A model generated the notes under the pieces. It searched no databases, had not been told where the DNA came from, and was given only the letters and a program-made list of their open reading frames with translations. A DNA stretch of 32,000 nucleotides from Pyrolobus fumarii 1A (GTDB taxonomy: Archaea; Thermoproteota; Thermoprotei_A; Sulfolobales; Pyrodictiaceae), in contig NC_015931.1 in the NCBI RefSeq assembly GCF_000223395.1, forward strand, positions 1,740,001-1,772,000, written 5' to 3'. The translations under genes and the position numbers were made by a program. This document shows, piece by piece, positions 1 through 8,192 of the stretch; within the stretch, counting starts at the first letter, position 1; each line of letters begins with the position of its first letter.

Positions 1-354
1 GGGCGAAGAAGGGGCGAGGGGCAGCAACACGCTCGACCAGAGCATCACTAGTACGAAGCTGCTCTAGGAGATTATCGGGGGGTTCTCCCGGGCTTCAAAA
101 TATGTGCAGGAGAGCCTTGGCGCTCTACTCGTTGAAAACTAGTTTAGGCTAAGTTAGGCTGACATGTGCAGTACCGGATGCTTTTGTTGGCTTAAGGAGG
201 GCGTGGAAAACGAGGAACTGCTGAGGTACAACCCGTCTATGTTGCTGGTTGTATCCGGTTGCGGGGCCTCGGCTCCGGCCGGGTGTCTTCACCGGAGTCA
301 GTCTAGCGAACGCTCCTCACCGGCCCTGGCGTGCTAGGGTAGGGGTGTTGCGGG

Positions 355-915
355 GTGATTATCCTTGGTGTTGACCCTGGCTTGAGGAGGGGCGGCACTG
401 GTGTCGCCGTTGCAGAGTATCGTGGCGGTAGGGCCATGCTACTGGATGTGCGTGCCACGAGCCTTGTGGAGGCCGCGTGGCTCGCTAAGAGCCTTGAGCC
501 CCATGTGGTTGTCGTTGATTCTCCTCTCTCGTTGCCCTCGGGGCCATGGAGGAGGATAGACCTTGTGGGCAAAAGGCTCGGGTTGCGGCTATTGCCGCCA
601 GGGTGGAGGGGCATGAGGAGGATGGTTGAGGAGGTTACACGATTGTTTCGGGGCGGGTGGCTGCTCCTCGAGACGCACCCCTCTAGCGTGGTGAGGGTGT
701 CTGGTTGCCCGAGCGGCGAGGCTCTCGTGGAGAACTGCTTCGACTCTATCCTATCCTCGTGGAGTACGAGAGACGAGCTTGACGCGGCTATAGCGGCGTG
801 CGTCGGAGTAGCGTTCATCGCCGGCTTCTGGGCCAGGATAGAGGCCTCTGATGGTAGCATCTGGCTAGTCGACCCTATGGTCTGCAGGAAGCTCTCTGCA
901 CCCAACCGCCCTTAG
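355..915 (+). CDS. Predicted RNase H-fold nuclease (DUF429/COG2410-like)
   Basis: 186-aa ORF with a GTG start. The N-terminal IILGVDPG strand-Asp motif is typical of RNase H/RuvC-fold proteins, and a second acidic strand VVVVDSPLS follows. Family is assigned from motif memory only. The 3' end overlaps the convergent DHH gene by 51 nt. Confidence 0.5.
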   Translation: MIILGVDPGLRRGGTGVAVAEYRGGRAMLLDVRATSLVEAAWLAKSLEPHVVVVDSPLSLPSGPWRRIDLVGKRLGLRLLPPGWRGMRRMVEEVTRLFRGGWLLLETHPSSVVRVSGCPSGEALVENCFDSILSSWSTRDELDAAIAACVGVAFIAGFWARIEASDGSIWLVDPMVCRKLSAPNRP

Positions 916-1896
916 CGCCTCCTCGACCCTCCGGGCCGCCCACCTGAGACGCAGCTTCGGGTAGAAGATCGACGCTATCCTCCATAGGATCGGCATTGCT
1001 AGCGGCGCGCCCGCCGCGCGCAGGTGACCACCACCCCCCAGGTACTTGGCGAGCTCCCTGACGTTCACCTTCTCGCTGCGGAAGCTCAGCCCCCGCTTGT
1101 GTATCACCACTACCAGGTCGGCCCGGTACCTAGCAGCGAGGGTCCTGGCTAGGAAGCTCCTGGAGGGAGGCCCACTCTTCTTCAGGGCAACGACAGCCTT
1201 GCACCCGTTTACCGCCACTATCTGGACGGCTCGGACAGCCTCTGTGTAGTTGCGCAGCTCCGTGTTAACATACTCCATTAGGGCCCTCTGCACCTCCTCG
1301 TCGCCGAGTATCTCCTGGAGGCTCTTCGCCGAGGCGAACTTCTCTACGAGCCTCCTACGCCACTTGTCACCCGCGCACCCCCTCTTCCAATCGACAACAC
1401 GGTATAGTTTGGGGGCCGCAGGGTGATCCCATATCCATATGTCGGCCGCACAAGTTGCACCCACGAGATCCTCTATGAAGTCGTCTATCTCGCCCCCTAG
1501 GATCTCTGGGGCATACCTGGCGACGACTCCAGCCCCACACGTATCGTTATCAACGTATATGTCCGCGCCTATGTCCCTGAGCTTCTCTTTCCAGCTCTCC
1601 TCCCACCGGTGGTGATCGAACCAGGCAATACGCGCGCCGCGCCCCACAGCCTCCCTGAGAAGGCTCACAACAGCGTCTAGCGTTGATGGGTTAGCGCCTA
1701 TATCGGCGATTATTATCGTCTCGCCTGGCGAGGCACTCCTAGCTACGCTCTTGAGCGTCTTGTGCAGCTTATAGGGCTCGGTGAACTCTAGCCTCGCGTC
1801 CTCGCCCAGCCGGGCACCTGCAAGCCTCAACGCTATAGCTGCAGCCGAGACGCCGTCGAGATCCGTGTGTGTTATTATCGAGAGTCTCCACGGCAA
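865..1896 (-). CDS. DHH-family phosphoesterase (NrnA/RecJ-like, DHH+DHHA1)
   Basis: 343 aa. DHH motifs THTDLDG, IIADIG and WFDHH are present, plus the C-terminal DHHA1 motif GGGGH. Confidence 0.8.
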   Translation of the reverse strand: MPWRLSIITHTDLDGVSAAAIALRLAGARLGEDARLEFTEPYKLHKTLKSVARSASPGETIIIADIGANPSTLDAVVSLLREAVGRGARIAWFDHHRWEESWKEKLRDIGADIYVDNDTCGAGVVARYAPEILGGEIDDFIEDLVGATCAADIWIWDHPAAPKLYRVVDWKRGCAGDKWRRRLVEKFASAKSLQEILGDEEVQRALMEYVNTELRNYTEAVRAVQIVAVNGCKAVVALKKSGPPSRSFLARTLAARYRADLVVVIHKRGLSFRSEKVNVRELAKYLGGGGHLRAAGAPLAMPILWRIASIFYPKLRLRWAARRVEEALRAVGCRELPADHRVD

Positions 1897-1929
1897 CTTA
1901 GGCGCACCTGCTAGCCTCCCCCCTCACGG

Positions 1930-1936
1930 TATAAAA
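1930..1936. promoter_or_regulatory. TATA box (TATAAAA / TTTTATA) in the divergent spacer between the DHH gene and trkH
   Basis: This is the only strongly AT-rich heptamer in the spacer. Its centre lies about 37 nt upstream of the DHH ATG at 1896. Orientation cannot be decided from sequence alone. Confidence 0.45.
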
Positions 1937-2104
1937 TGGTAGTGTTGCACGTTGCGAAGCCCGGTGTATGGCAACCAGGGAGCATCTATGGTGCACACGA
2001 TCGCCGCGCTCAAGAGCCACGCGGGTACACTCTTGTAGTCTTTTTGGCGCTCGCCGCGCCTCCCGGCTCATCGGGCAGCCCTACAGTGCGGCCGGTGGGC
2101 TAGT

Positions 2105-3715
2105 TTGCCGTGGCGCGAGCAGGGTTTCGAGGTTCTAGAGGAGTATGGTGTGAGGAAGCGGCTTGCGCTACACCCTCTCATATACTATCTCGGCTTTGTA
2201 TGGATTGTCGCCGCTGCGACGCTGATAGTGCCAGCCCTCTACGGCCTAATATTCCACTATCACGAGCCACGCGAATACACCGTCTCAATCGAGCTACTCG
2301 AGTATGGCACAGTGTTCATGGTGCTCGGTCTACTCTCGACCAGGTTAACGATGCCATCGAGAAGAATGCGGCGCGAGGAGGCACTCCTACTCGTCGTTAT
2401 AACGTGGGTTCTGATACCACTGGTCGTGGCATGGCCAATAGCAGATGTACTCGGCATACCCTTCGTGGATGCGTGGTTCGAGTCTGTCTCCGGCTTCACC
2501 ACCACGGGTTTGACCATGTTCACGGGGAGCGTTGACCCGGTTACAGGGACCTATGTGCCAGCTGTGGAGGAGTTGCCTAGGACGGTCCTCTTCTGGCGTA
2601 GCTTCATACAGTGGGTGGGCGGAGTCGGCATAGTCGTCGTCGCTGTATCGATAATAGCGAGGCCTGGTAGCGCGGCACGCCTCCTCTACGTGGCCGAGGG
2701 TCGCTCCGAGAGGATAGAGCCCTCGGTCATCGCGACAGCAAAGAAGGTGCTCTTCGTATACACGATAGTAACCGTAATAGACACAATACTGCTCTACGTT
2801 GCGGGCATGGACTGGTTCGACGCAGTAAACCATGCCATGACTGGCATAGCGACCGGCGGCTTCTCGACAAAGAACAATAGCATTGCCGAGTACCATAGTA
2901 TCGCTATTGAACTCGCGGCTATGTTCGCAATGTTCAGTGGCGCCGTCAGCTTCTCCGACTGGCATAGCTTGATAATAAAGTGGCGCTTGAAGAGGTTCTT
3001 CTCTAGCCCGGAGCTGAAAGCTCTCCTCACCCTCATGGCGATCGGCACTATCGCGGCAACAGCAGCGCTAGTCAGGAACGGGTTCGGGATCATAGAGGCG
3101 CTTAGATACGCTAGTTTCCAGATAGTCACGACGATAACTGGCACTGGCTTCCAGAACACCGGTCTAGGCGACAAACCGGAGATATTCAAGGCGCTTCTAA
3201 CAACCTATTGTCTTCTCGGTGGCGCGGCTTTCTCGACCACCGGCGGCATAAAGATGTTGAGGCTGATAATCGCTGTTAAGAGCACCCTGTGGGAGGCTGA
3301 GGCTCTATCGGCGCCACGCGGGTATACGTTGAGAAGGAGGTTGGCTTGGATAGTGCTGGACGACGAGTCAGCAAGAAGAGCACTAACAATCATCTTCGCC
3401 TTCTCCCTGACGATGGTTGTTGGCACGTTTATCGCGATGCTGATACTACCGGATAGGAGCTTTGCCGACGTTGCTCTAGAGACGGCCAGCGCGCTTGGAA
3501 ATGTGGGCGTTAGTACCGGTATAACCGGCGCGGATAGCCCTCTTGCCCTCAAGCTGCTTTACATCGCTCTTATGACGCTAGGCAGGCTAGAGATAGTACC
3601 GTACTTCTACGCCGTTCACGTGATGTACTCTAAGGTTGTGCACGCTGTTAGAGCTAGGAGGGGGCGTAGGAAACTACTCAGGGAGACACGTGTTGCGAGA
3701 GAAGCGCCTCTCTGA
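2105..3715 (+). CDS. trkH: TrkH/KtrB-family potassium uptake membrane protein
   Basis: 536 aa, polytopic. Repeated selectivity-filter-like loops are present: SGFTTTGLT, ATGGFSTKN, TGTGFQNTG, STTGGIKMLR, GNVGVSTGITG. TTG start. Confidence 0.85.
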   Translation: MPWREQGFEVLEEYGVRKRLALHPLIYYLGFVWIVAAATLIVPALYGLIFHYHEPREYTVSIELLEYGTVFMVLGLLSTRLTMPSRRMRREEALLLVVITWVLIPLVVAWPIADVLGIPFVDAWFESVSGFTTTGLTMFTGSVDPVTGTYVPAVEELPRTVLFWRSFIQWVGGVGIVVVAVSIIARPGSAARLLYVAEGRSERIEPSVIATAKKVLFVYTIVTVIDTILLYVAGMDWFDAVNHAMTGIATGGFSTKNNSIAEYHSIAIELAAMFAMFSGAVSFSDWHSLIIKWRLKRFFSSPELKALLTLMAIGTIAATAALVRNGFGIIEALRYASFQIVTTITGTGFQNTGLGDKPEIFKALLTTYCLLGGAAFSTTGGIKMLRLIIAVKSTLWEAEALSAPRGYTLRRRLAWIVLDDESARRALTIIFAFSLTMVVGTFIAMLILPDRSFADVALETASALGNVGVSTGITGADSPLALKLLYIALMTLGRLEIVPYFYAVHVMYSKVVHAVRARRGRRKLLRETRVAREAPL

Positions 3716-4730
3716 GATCGGAGAGAAGAAGCTTGTGGAAATGCTGGTTGACCTGCTGAGAAGTGACTGGCGGTGTAATGATCTCCCTCCGGGCGATGAT
3801 GCTGCGTGTGTATCGCTCCCGGGCGGAGCCAAGCTACTTGTGAAGATCGACGGTTTCTCGGTAAGCAGTGTAAAGCTGCCTTGGATGACACTCTACGATG
3901 TTGGATGGAAGGCTGTTGTTGCGACGGCTAGTGACCTTGTGGCTAAGGGCGGGCGCCCACTCGTCTTCCTTGTCAGCATCGGGCTTAGACGGGATGATAG
4001 AGCGGCGGATGCGCTTGAGCTAGTGAAGGGTGCTAGGGATGCTGCCAAAGCTGTTGGTGCCTGGCTTGCCGGCGGCGATACAAATGCAGCTGGGGACCCG
4101 TGGATCGACACAGCTGGTGTTGCAACACCAGTGCGTATAGTTGCTCCGAGAGTTAGGAATGGAGACTTGATATATACTACTGTGGGTAGATACGGGTTAA
4201 CCGGGTTAGCCTTCCATATTATGCGTCGTGGTGATACAAGCGAGATATACAGTTATCCCGAGGCTCTTCGCGCAACTACACGGCCTCTTCCGCGTCTCGA
4301 GTTTCTCTCGTTGTTAGAGGAGGTTGGGGAGTGCATAACATGGGCTGGTGATGTGAGCGATGGGCTGTGCGCTACGCTAAGAAACCTCCACACAATTAGT
4401 GAGCATCGCATAATACTAGACGCTCTTCCGCCTTTGCATCCGGAGGCGATAGAGTACGCCGAGTCGCATAGACTCGATATTAGCGAGTTAATACTGTATG
4501 GCGGGGAAGAGTATGAGATTGTCTTTACTGTGGCCAGGGGCTGCGAGACACATGTGGAGAGAGCAGCGAATAGACTGGGGCTACGTATAGCTAGGATTGG
4601 ATTTGTAGTCCCCAAGTCGATAACAAGTAGTATACATACTGAGCGCGTCTCCGAGAGTTCGTGGATACCTATAAATTCGTGTCTAGAGCGTGTAAGTACC
4701 GGTTGGGACCAGTTTAAGGGGTGGGCATAG
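3690..4730 (+). CDS. thiL: Thiamine-monophosphate kinase (AIR synthase-related fold)
   Basis: Motifs GDDAACV, KIDGFS, ATASDLVAKGGRP, AGGDTN, DVSDGL and LYGGEEYEIVFTV (ThiL-type GGEDYELxFT). The ORF is open from 3636. I prefer GTG 3690 or TTG 3693 because the conserved LSEIGEKKLV begins just after them and trkH only ends at 3715. Confidence 0.75.
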   Translation: MLREKRLSEIGEKKLVEMLVDLLRSDWRCNDLPPGDDAACVSLPGGAKLLVKIDGFSVSSVKLPWMTLYDVGWKAVVATASDLVAKGGRPLVFLVSIGLRRDDRAADALELVKGARDAAKAVGAWLAGGDTNAAGDPWIDTAGVATPVRIVAPRVRNGDLIYTTVGRYGLTGLAFHIMRRGDTSEIYSYPEALRATTRPLPRLEFLSLLEEVGECITWAGDVSDGLCATLRNLHTISEHRIILDALPPLHPEAIEYAESHRLDISELILYGGEEYEIVFTVARGCETHVERAANRLGLRIARIGFVVPKSITSSIHTERVSESSWIPINSCLERVSTGWDQFKGWA

Positions 4731-5765
4731 TTGTCCGCCAATACAAATGAGAAAGTTAGAATGAGAAGAGTACAGCGTCTAGGCACATCTTCGCTAGTGG
4801 TAACGCTGCCGAAGGAGTGGGTTCGAAAGGTTAACTTGAAGCCCGGTGACGTTGTATATGTAGTTGTTGAGGGCGGTTCTGTAAGGATAATACCGTACAA
4901 CAAGCGTGGCGAGGCAATCCACATAATGAATATTGATGTGTCAAAGCTTCCCAAGGGGCTCAGCGTCTCGAGACTAGTATCGTGCGCCTACGTGACTAGG
5001 GTTGACGTGCTACGCTTGGAGAACATCTCCTGGGAGGCTGCACTAGAAGTCCGTAGCATGGCATCAAAGTTCATGGGTGTTGACGTTGTCAGTGGCCCGG
5101 AGTACGTTGAAGTCCGTTGTATTCTTGATGACGACAAGGTTAGCATGAAGGATCTGCTTGAGAATATTGCGAGGCTAGGCTTGGATCTCTTGGGCCTCGT
5201 TGAGAGGCTGTTGACAGAGCCGAACCAGACACTCATAAACCTAACACGCGAGGCGATAAACGAGATAGTGAAGTACGAGCACCTTGTTGTTAGGAGGATG
5301 AGCGCCACCCCAGCATCGACCCTCGGCCAGCCCGATGCCGCCATGCTATACGCTGCTGGCCTCCTCGGGAGCTTTGCCGCAACACTATGGCACCTGGCTA
5401 ACTACTTGGCAACTCTGGCCGAGACTAAGGGCCGTCCCGAGGTAGACCCGAAGAAGCTAAACGATCTGATTAAAGGTGTACAAGGTCTGCTTAGTGAGAT
5501 TCTACGCTGGAAGCCAGAGGACCTTGAGCTAGCCGCGAGACTCGCCGATGACGCTGGCAAGCTGAGACTGCAAGCCTGGCAGAAGATGCTAACCGCAGAG
5601 AACCCACACGAGGCGGTCGCCTACACGATGCTATACAATGCTCTCCGCGAGCTTGACATCGCAGTTAATGCGCTTACATGCGCCACAGTGATAAGCAATG
5701 CGCCTAAGCTCGGCAAGACACCAACCACCGAGATCAAGACTAGTACTGAGCAGGAACAGGGTTAA
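4731..5765 (+). CDS. PhoU-like phosphate-uptake regulator with N-terminal AbrB/SpoVT domain
   Basis: N-terminus RVQRLGTSSLVVTLPKEWVRKVNLKPGDVVYVVVEGGSVRIIP is an AbrB/SpoVT-type looped hinge. A long all-helical region follows, as in archaeal PhoU homologues. TTG 4731 abuts the thiL stop. ATG 4761 is an alternative start. Confidence 0.65.
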   Translation: MSANTNEKVRMRRVQRLGTSSLVVTLPKEWVRKVNLKPGDVVYVVVEGGSVRIIPYNKRGEAIHIMNIDVSKLPKGLSVSRLVSCAYVTRVDVLRLENISWEAALEVRSMASKFMGVDVVSGPEYVEVRCILDDDKVSMKDLLENIARLGLDLLGLVERLLTEPNQTLINLTREAINEIVKYEHLVVRRMSATPASTLGQPDAAMLYAAGLLGSFAATLWHLANYLATLAETKGRPEVDPKKLNDLIKGVQGLLSEILRWKPEDLELAARLADDAGKLRLQAWQKMLTAENPHEAVAYTMLYNALRELDIAVNALTCATVISNAPKLGKTPTTEIKTSTEQEQG

Positions 5766-5781
5766 CGCGCCTACCAAGGTG

Positions 5782-5786
5782 TTTTT
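5782..5786 (+). terminator. Oligo-T tract after the PhoU-like gene
   Basis: A TTTTT run lies 17 nt after the stop at 5763-5765. Archaeal termination commonly uses T-runs. Confidence 0.4.
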
Positions 5787-5934
5787 ACGCTCAAGGCATA
5801 ATGCATGCTTCGATAACTGTTTCGCCTCCCCACGTTACTGGTCCTATAAACGGCGGCCTGGGGGCTGGACCGGGCCGTTCTGGGCCCCGGATGACCCCCA
5901 GGCGATGGCGACGGCCGCAGAGTTGCCACCTCTC

Positions 5935-7188
5935 CTACCCGCTTTTCACTATCCTCTCGGGTGAGGCTAGCCTCGTTGACGCCAGAAGCACCGTTGCTGT
6001 GTATGCTGCCAGTGCTACTAGACTTAGGAGCGCGTTGCTATACTCGCCTCTAGCCGCGTAAATCACGGCATTGACAGAGTGCGTGTATGGTACGATTGCT
6101 AGGAGCGTTGCATACTCCAAGGGTAGCCTTGTGTAGTCGGTTGCTAGGCTGGAAGCATAGACGAAGAACGCGAGTATCGTGAATATGCCGGATAGTAGGG
6201 TTGCTAGTCGCGTTGATAAGCCGCTCATCACGGTTAACGCTGTGAGTGCAGAGGTGACCATAATGGCTAGCATCGTTGCAACTACGTGTACGAGCAGGAG
6301 TATGAAGTTCGGTGCTGGTATCCCATTACCAGCCTCTATGGCGAGATAGGCGAGCATTGCCGCCGCGTCAGCCAAGCCGGCTATTCCTGCCACGGCTGTA
6401 GCAGCTAACATCTTGGCTGCTATTATCTCGGCGGGGGATAGGGGCGTCGAGAATAGCATCTCCAGGTTTCTCCTCTCCTTCTCGGCGACGAACAAGTCGG
6501 AAGTCAGCATGGCTGCTGGTGCCAGCACGAATATCGTCGCAAAGGCAAGTATCCTGGCAGCTTCTACTGCGCGCACCACCTGCTCGCCAACCGTTTGCGG
6601 GACTCCTATGAACCCGACCTCCACCCTCACGGGGTCGAGGATAGCTTGTGGCTTCACGGTTATGTTGAGGAGTTCGCCCATAAGCTTGATTAGCTTTTCA
6701 GCTTCTGCTCTCGAGATGCTCGGTATGATAACGTACCTTAGCCACGTGTAGACTGTCTGGGCTGCACTACTTCCAGGGTTGTACCTAACGGCTATGTACG
6801 CTACACGGTCAAACCTAGTTAGGTTCTCCGTGAAGCCCGGTGGTATCACGACTACAACATCTGCGGTGGGCTGCCCGCCACACTTATAGAGCGTCACGTT
6901 AACCGTGGGCGTCTTCACGACACTACGTGTAAGCTCTGCTATCAGCACAGCCACGTCTTGCGACGAGAAGTTCAAGCCCCCTACCTCAACACTCTTGCAG
7001 TCAAGGTCTACAACCGCAACGTTCACTATCGTTGCAGCTTGTAATCCTTTGGAGAGTATCGCGAGGAGTGGGAGCAGCCAGGCACTAGCGGCTAATAGGG
7101 CAAGTGTTTTTGCATCGCGGCGAAGCTCTAGTAGGTCCTTCCATGCGAGGCTGGCCACACGGTGAAAACGCATCACAAGCCCTGCCAT
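5935..7188 (-). CDS. ABC-2 type transporter permease (NatB-like: TM1, large extracytoplasmic loop, C-terminal TM bundle)
   Basis: Begins MAGLVMRFHRVASLAWKDLLELRRDAKTL, the typical ABC-2 permease N-terminus, followed by about 170 aa of soluble loop and then 5 hydrophobic helices. The ORF-track start at 7332 would overlap the divergent ATPase. ATG 7188 (or 7173) is preferred. Confidence 0.7.
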   Translation of the reverse strand: MAGLVMRFHRVASLAWKDLLELRRDAKTLALLAASAWLLPLLAILSKGLQAATIVNVAVVDLDCKSVEVGGLNFSSQDVAVLIAELTRSVVKTPTVNVTLYKCGGQPTADVVVVIPPGFTENLTRFDRVAYIAVRYNPGSSAAQTVYTWLRYVIIPSISRAEAEKLIKLMGELLNITVKPQAILDPVRVEVGFIGVPQTVGEQVVRAVEAARILAFATIFVLAPAAMLTSDLFVAEKERRNLEMLFSTPLSPAEIIAAKMLAATAVAGIAGLADAAAMLAYLAIEAGNGIPAPNFILLLVHVVATMLAIMVTSALTALTVMSGLSTRLATLLSGIFTILAFFVYASSLATDYTRLPLEYATLLAIVPYTHSVNAVIYAARGEYSNALLSLVALAAYTATVLLASTRLASPERIVKSG

Positions 7189-7201
7189 CGAGGCACGCGA
7201 T

Positions 7202-7903
7202 GTGTGGAAAAAGCTTGACGGGATCTGGGTATTGAAAGGCGTTAGTCTATCAGCACCGGAGTCAGCCGTTACTGTGATACTCGGGCCGAATGGCGCTGGC
7301 AAGACCACGTTATTGAGGAGCTTGGCTGGCATCTATCGCGTCGATAAGGGCCGCGTACTAGCCTACGGCATGGATGTGGCTAGCGCGAGAAGGAGGGGGA
7401 TTCTCATACTGTCTCCCGATGAGGCTGGCCTCTATCCCCGCCTGACTGGCTGGGAGCACGTGAGGCTCGTCGAGCGTATCTATGGGTGTAGCTGGGATGG
7501 CCTTGAGGAGGCTGTGGAGCTTCTCGGCCTTGGTAGGGTGATGGGTGAGCGTGTTTCGAGGTATAGCAGGGGTATGCGGAGGAAGCTGCAACTTATCATG
7601 GCGTTGGCCAGCTGTGCCAGAGTGCTTCTGCTCGACGAGCCCCTATCGGGGCTTGACATCGTGTCGTTACGTGGAGCCTCCAGGTTGTTGAGGATTGTGG
7701 CTGAACGGGAGGGTAGGGCAGTCATAGTCACTACTCATGAGTTGTGGCTGGCCGAGAGGCTAGCCGACTATATAGTAGTGCTTGAGAGTGGGCGTGTTGC
7801 TGCTGAGGGGCCGTTGGAGCGGTTGTTGCGCGAGGCTGGCGCATCTAGCCTTGAAGAGTATCTAGTGAGGACCGTGTATGGTGGTGGAAATGGGGAGGCG
7901 TAG
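7202..7903 (+). CDS. ABC transporter ATP-binding protein (ABC-2/CcmA-NatA type)
   Basis: Walker A GPNGAGKTT, degenerate signature YSRGMRRKL, Walker B LLLDEPLSGLD, H-loop VTTHEL. GTG start. Confidence 0.85.
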   Translation: MWKKLDGIWVLKGVSLSAPESAVTVILGPNGAGKTTLLRSLAGIYRVDKGRVLAYGMDVASARRRGILILSPDEAGLYPRLTGWEHVRLVERIYGCSWDGLEEAVELLGLGRVMGERVSRYSRGMRRKLQLIMALASCARVLLLDEPLSGLDIVSLRGASRLLRIVAEREGRAVIVTTHELWLAERLADYIVVLESGRVAAEGPLERLLREAGASSLEEYLVRTVYGGGNGEA

Positions 7904-8192
7904 GGGCAGGATATACGAGGTTGTGTCTAGGGTTTTCGCGCTTCGCGAGCAGTACCCAGATGCGAGGATAGTGATAGTGGATAGAGTCTCGCCAACGGGG
8001 CTGCGCAAGATACCGGTATCGAGAGTAACGCGTGTCAAAAAAGACCATATGGTTTTAGATGATGGTAGCGTTATACCGCTACACCGTGTAGTTATGGTTG
8101 AGGCTGGTGACGCTGTTTTATGGAGGCGTGGCGGAGACGTAGACGCTAGCGAAGAGCCAGTAGACGATTCCAAGGGCGAAAGCCAGTATTGA
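7890..8192 (+). CDS. UPF0248/DUF504 family protein
   Basis: Core IVIVDRVSPTGLRKIPVSRVTRVKKDHMVLDDGSVIPLHRVVMVEAGDAVLWRR matches the remembered UPF0248 pattern, including the IPLHRV signature. ATG 7890 is preferred over GTG 7878. The gene overlaps the ATPase stop and carries an acidic C-terminal tail. Confidence 0.7.
   Translation: MGRRRGRIYEVVSRVFALREQYPDARIVIVDRVSPTGLRKIPVSRVTRVKKDHMVLDDGSVIPLHRVVMVEAGDAVLWRRGGDVDASEEPVDDSKGESQY

Noticed and set aside
1-130. Possible gene ends at the left edge: plus-frame stops at 49-51 and 63-65, and a minus-strand ATG at 45 reading out of the window (MLWSSVLLPLAPSSP)
   Set aside because: At most about 20 codons are visible. That is too short to support any call.
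303-905. 200-aa minus-strand ORF completely antisense to the 355-915 gene
   Set aside because: It is Ser/Pro/Thr-rich and of low complexity, with no recognisable motif. Long antisense ORFs are expected in GC-rich DNA. The plus-strand frame carries the RNase H-fold motif.
1930-2046. Possible small RNA between the TATAAAA box (1930-1936) and a T5 run (2041-2045) upstream of trkH
   Set aside because: Only a TATA box of ambiguous orientation and a T-run support it. Both are equally well explained as the DHH and trkH promoter elements. I found no convincing fold and no C/D or H/ACA boxes.
2110-3552. Several 87-192-aa ORFs in other frames or strands inside trkH (for example 2387-2965 minus, 2794-3189 minus, 3205-3552 minus)
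   Set aside because: They are fully embedded in a well-supported membrane-protein gene and have Arg/Ser/Pro-rich compositions typical of off-frame GC-rich translation. The same reasoning applies to the embedded ORFs in the nuo genes, infB, leuC-like, radical SAM and ABC genes.
7189-7332. N-terminal 48-aa extension of the ABC-2 permease ORF
   Set aside because: It would overlap the divergent ATPase, including its Walker A region. The extension (MPAKLLNNVVLPAPFGPSITV...) is the antisense image of GPNGAGKTT and is not permease-like. The conserved permease N-terminus starts at ATG 7188.
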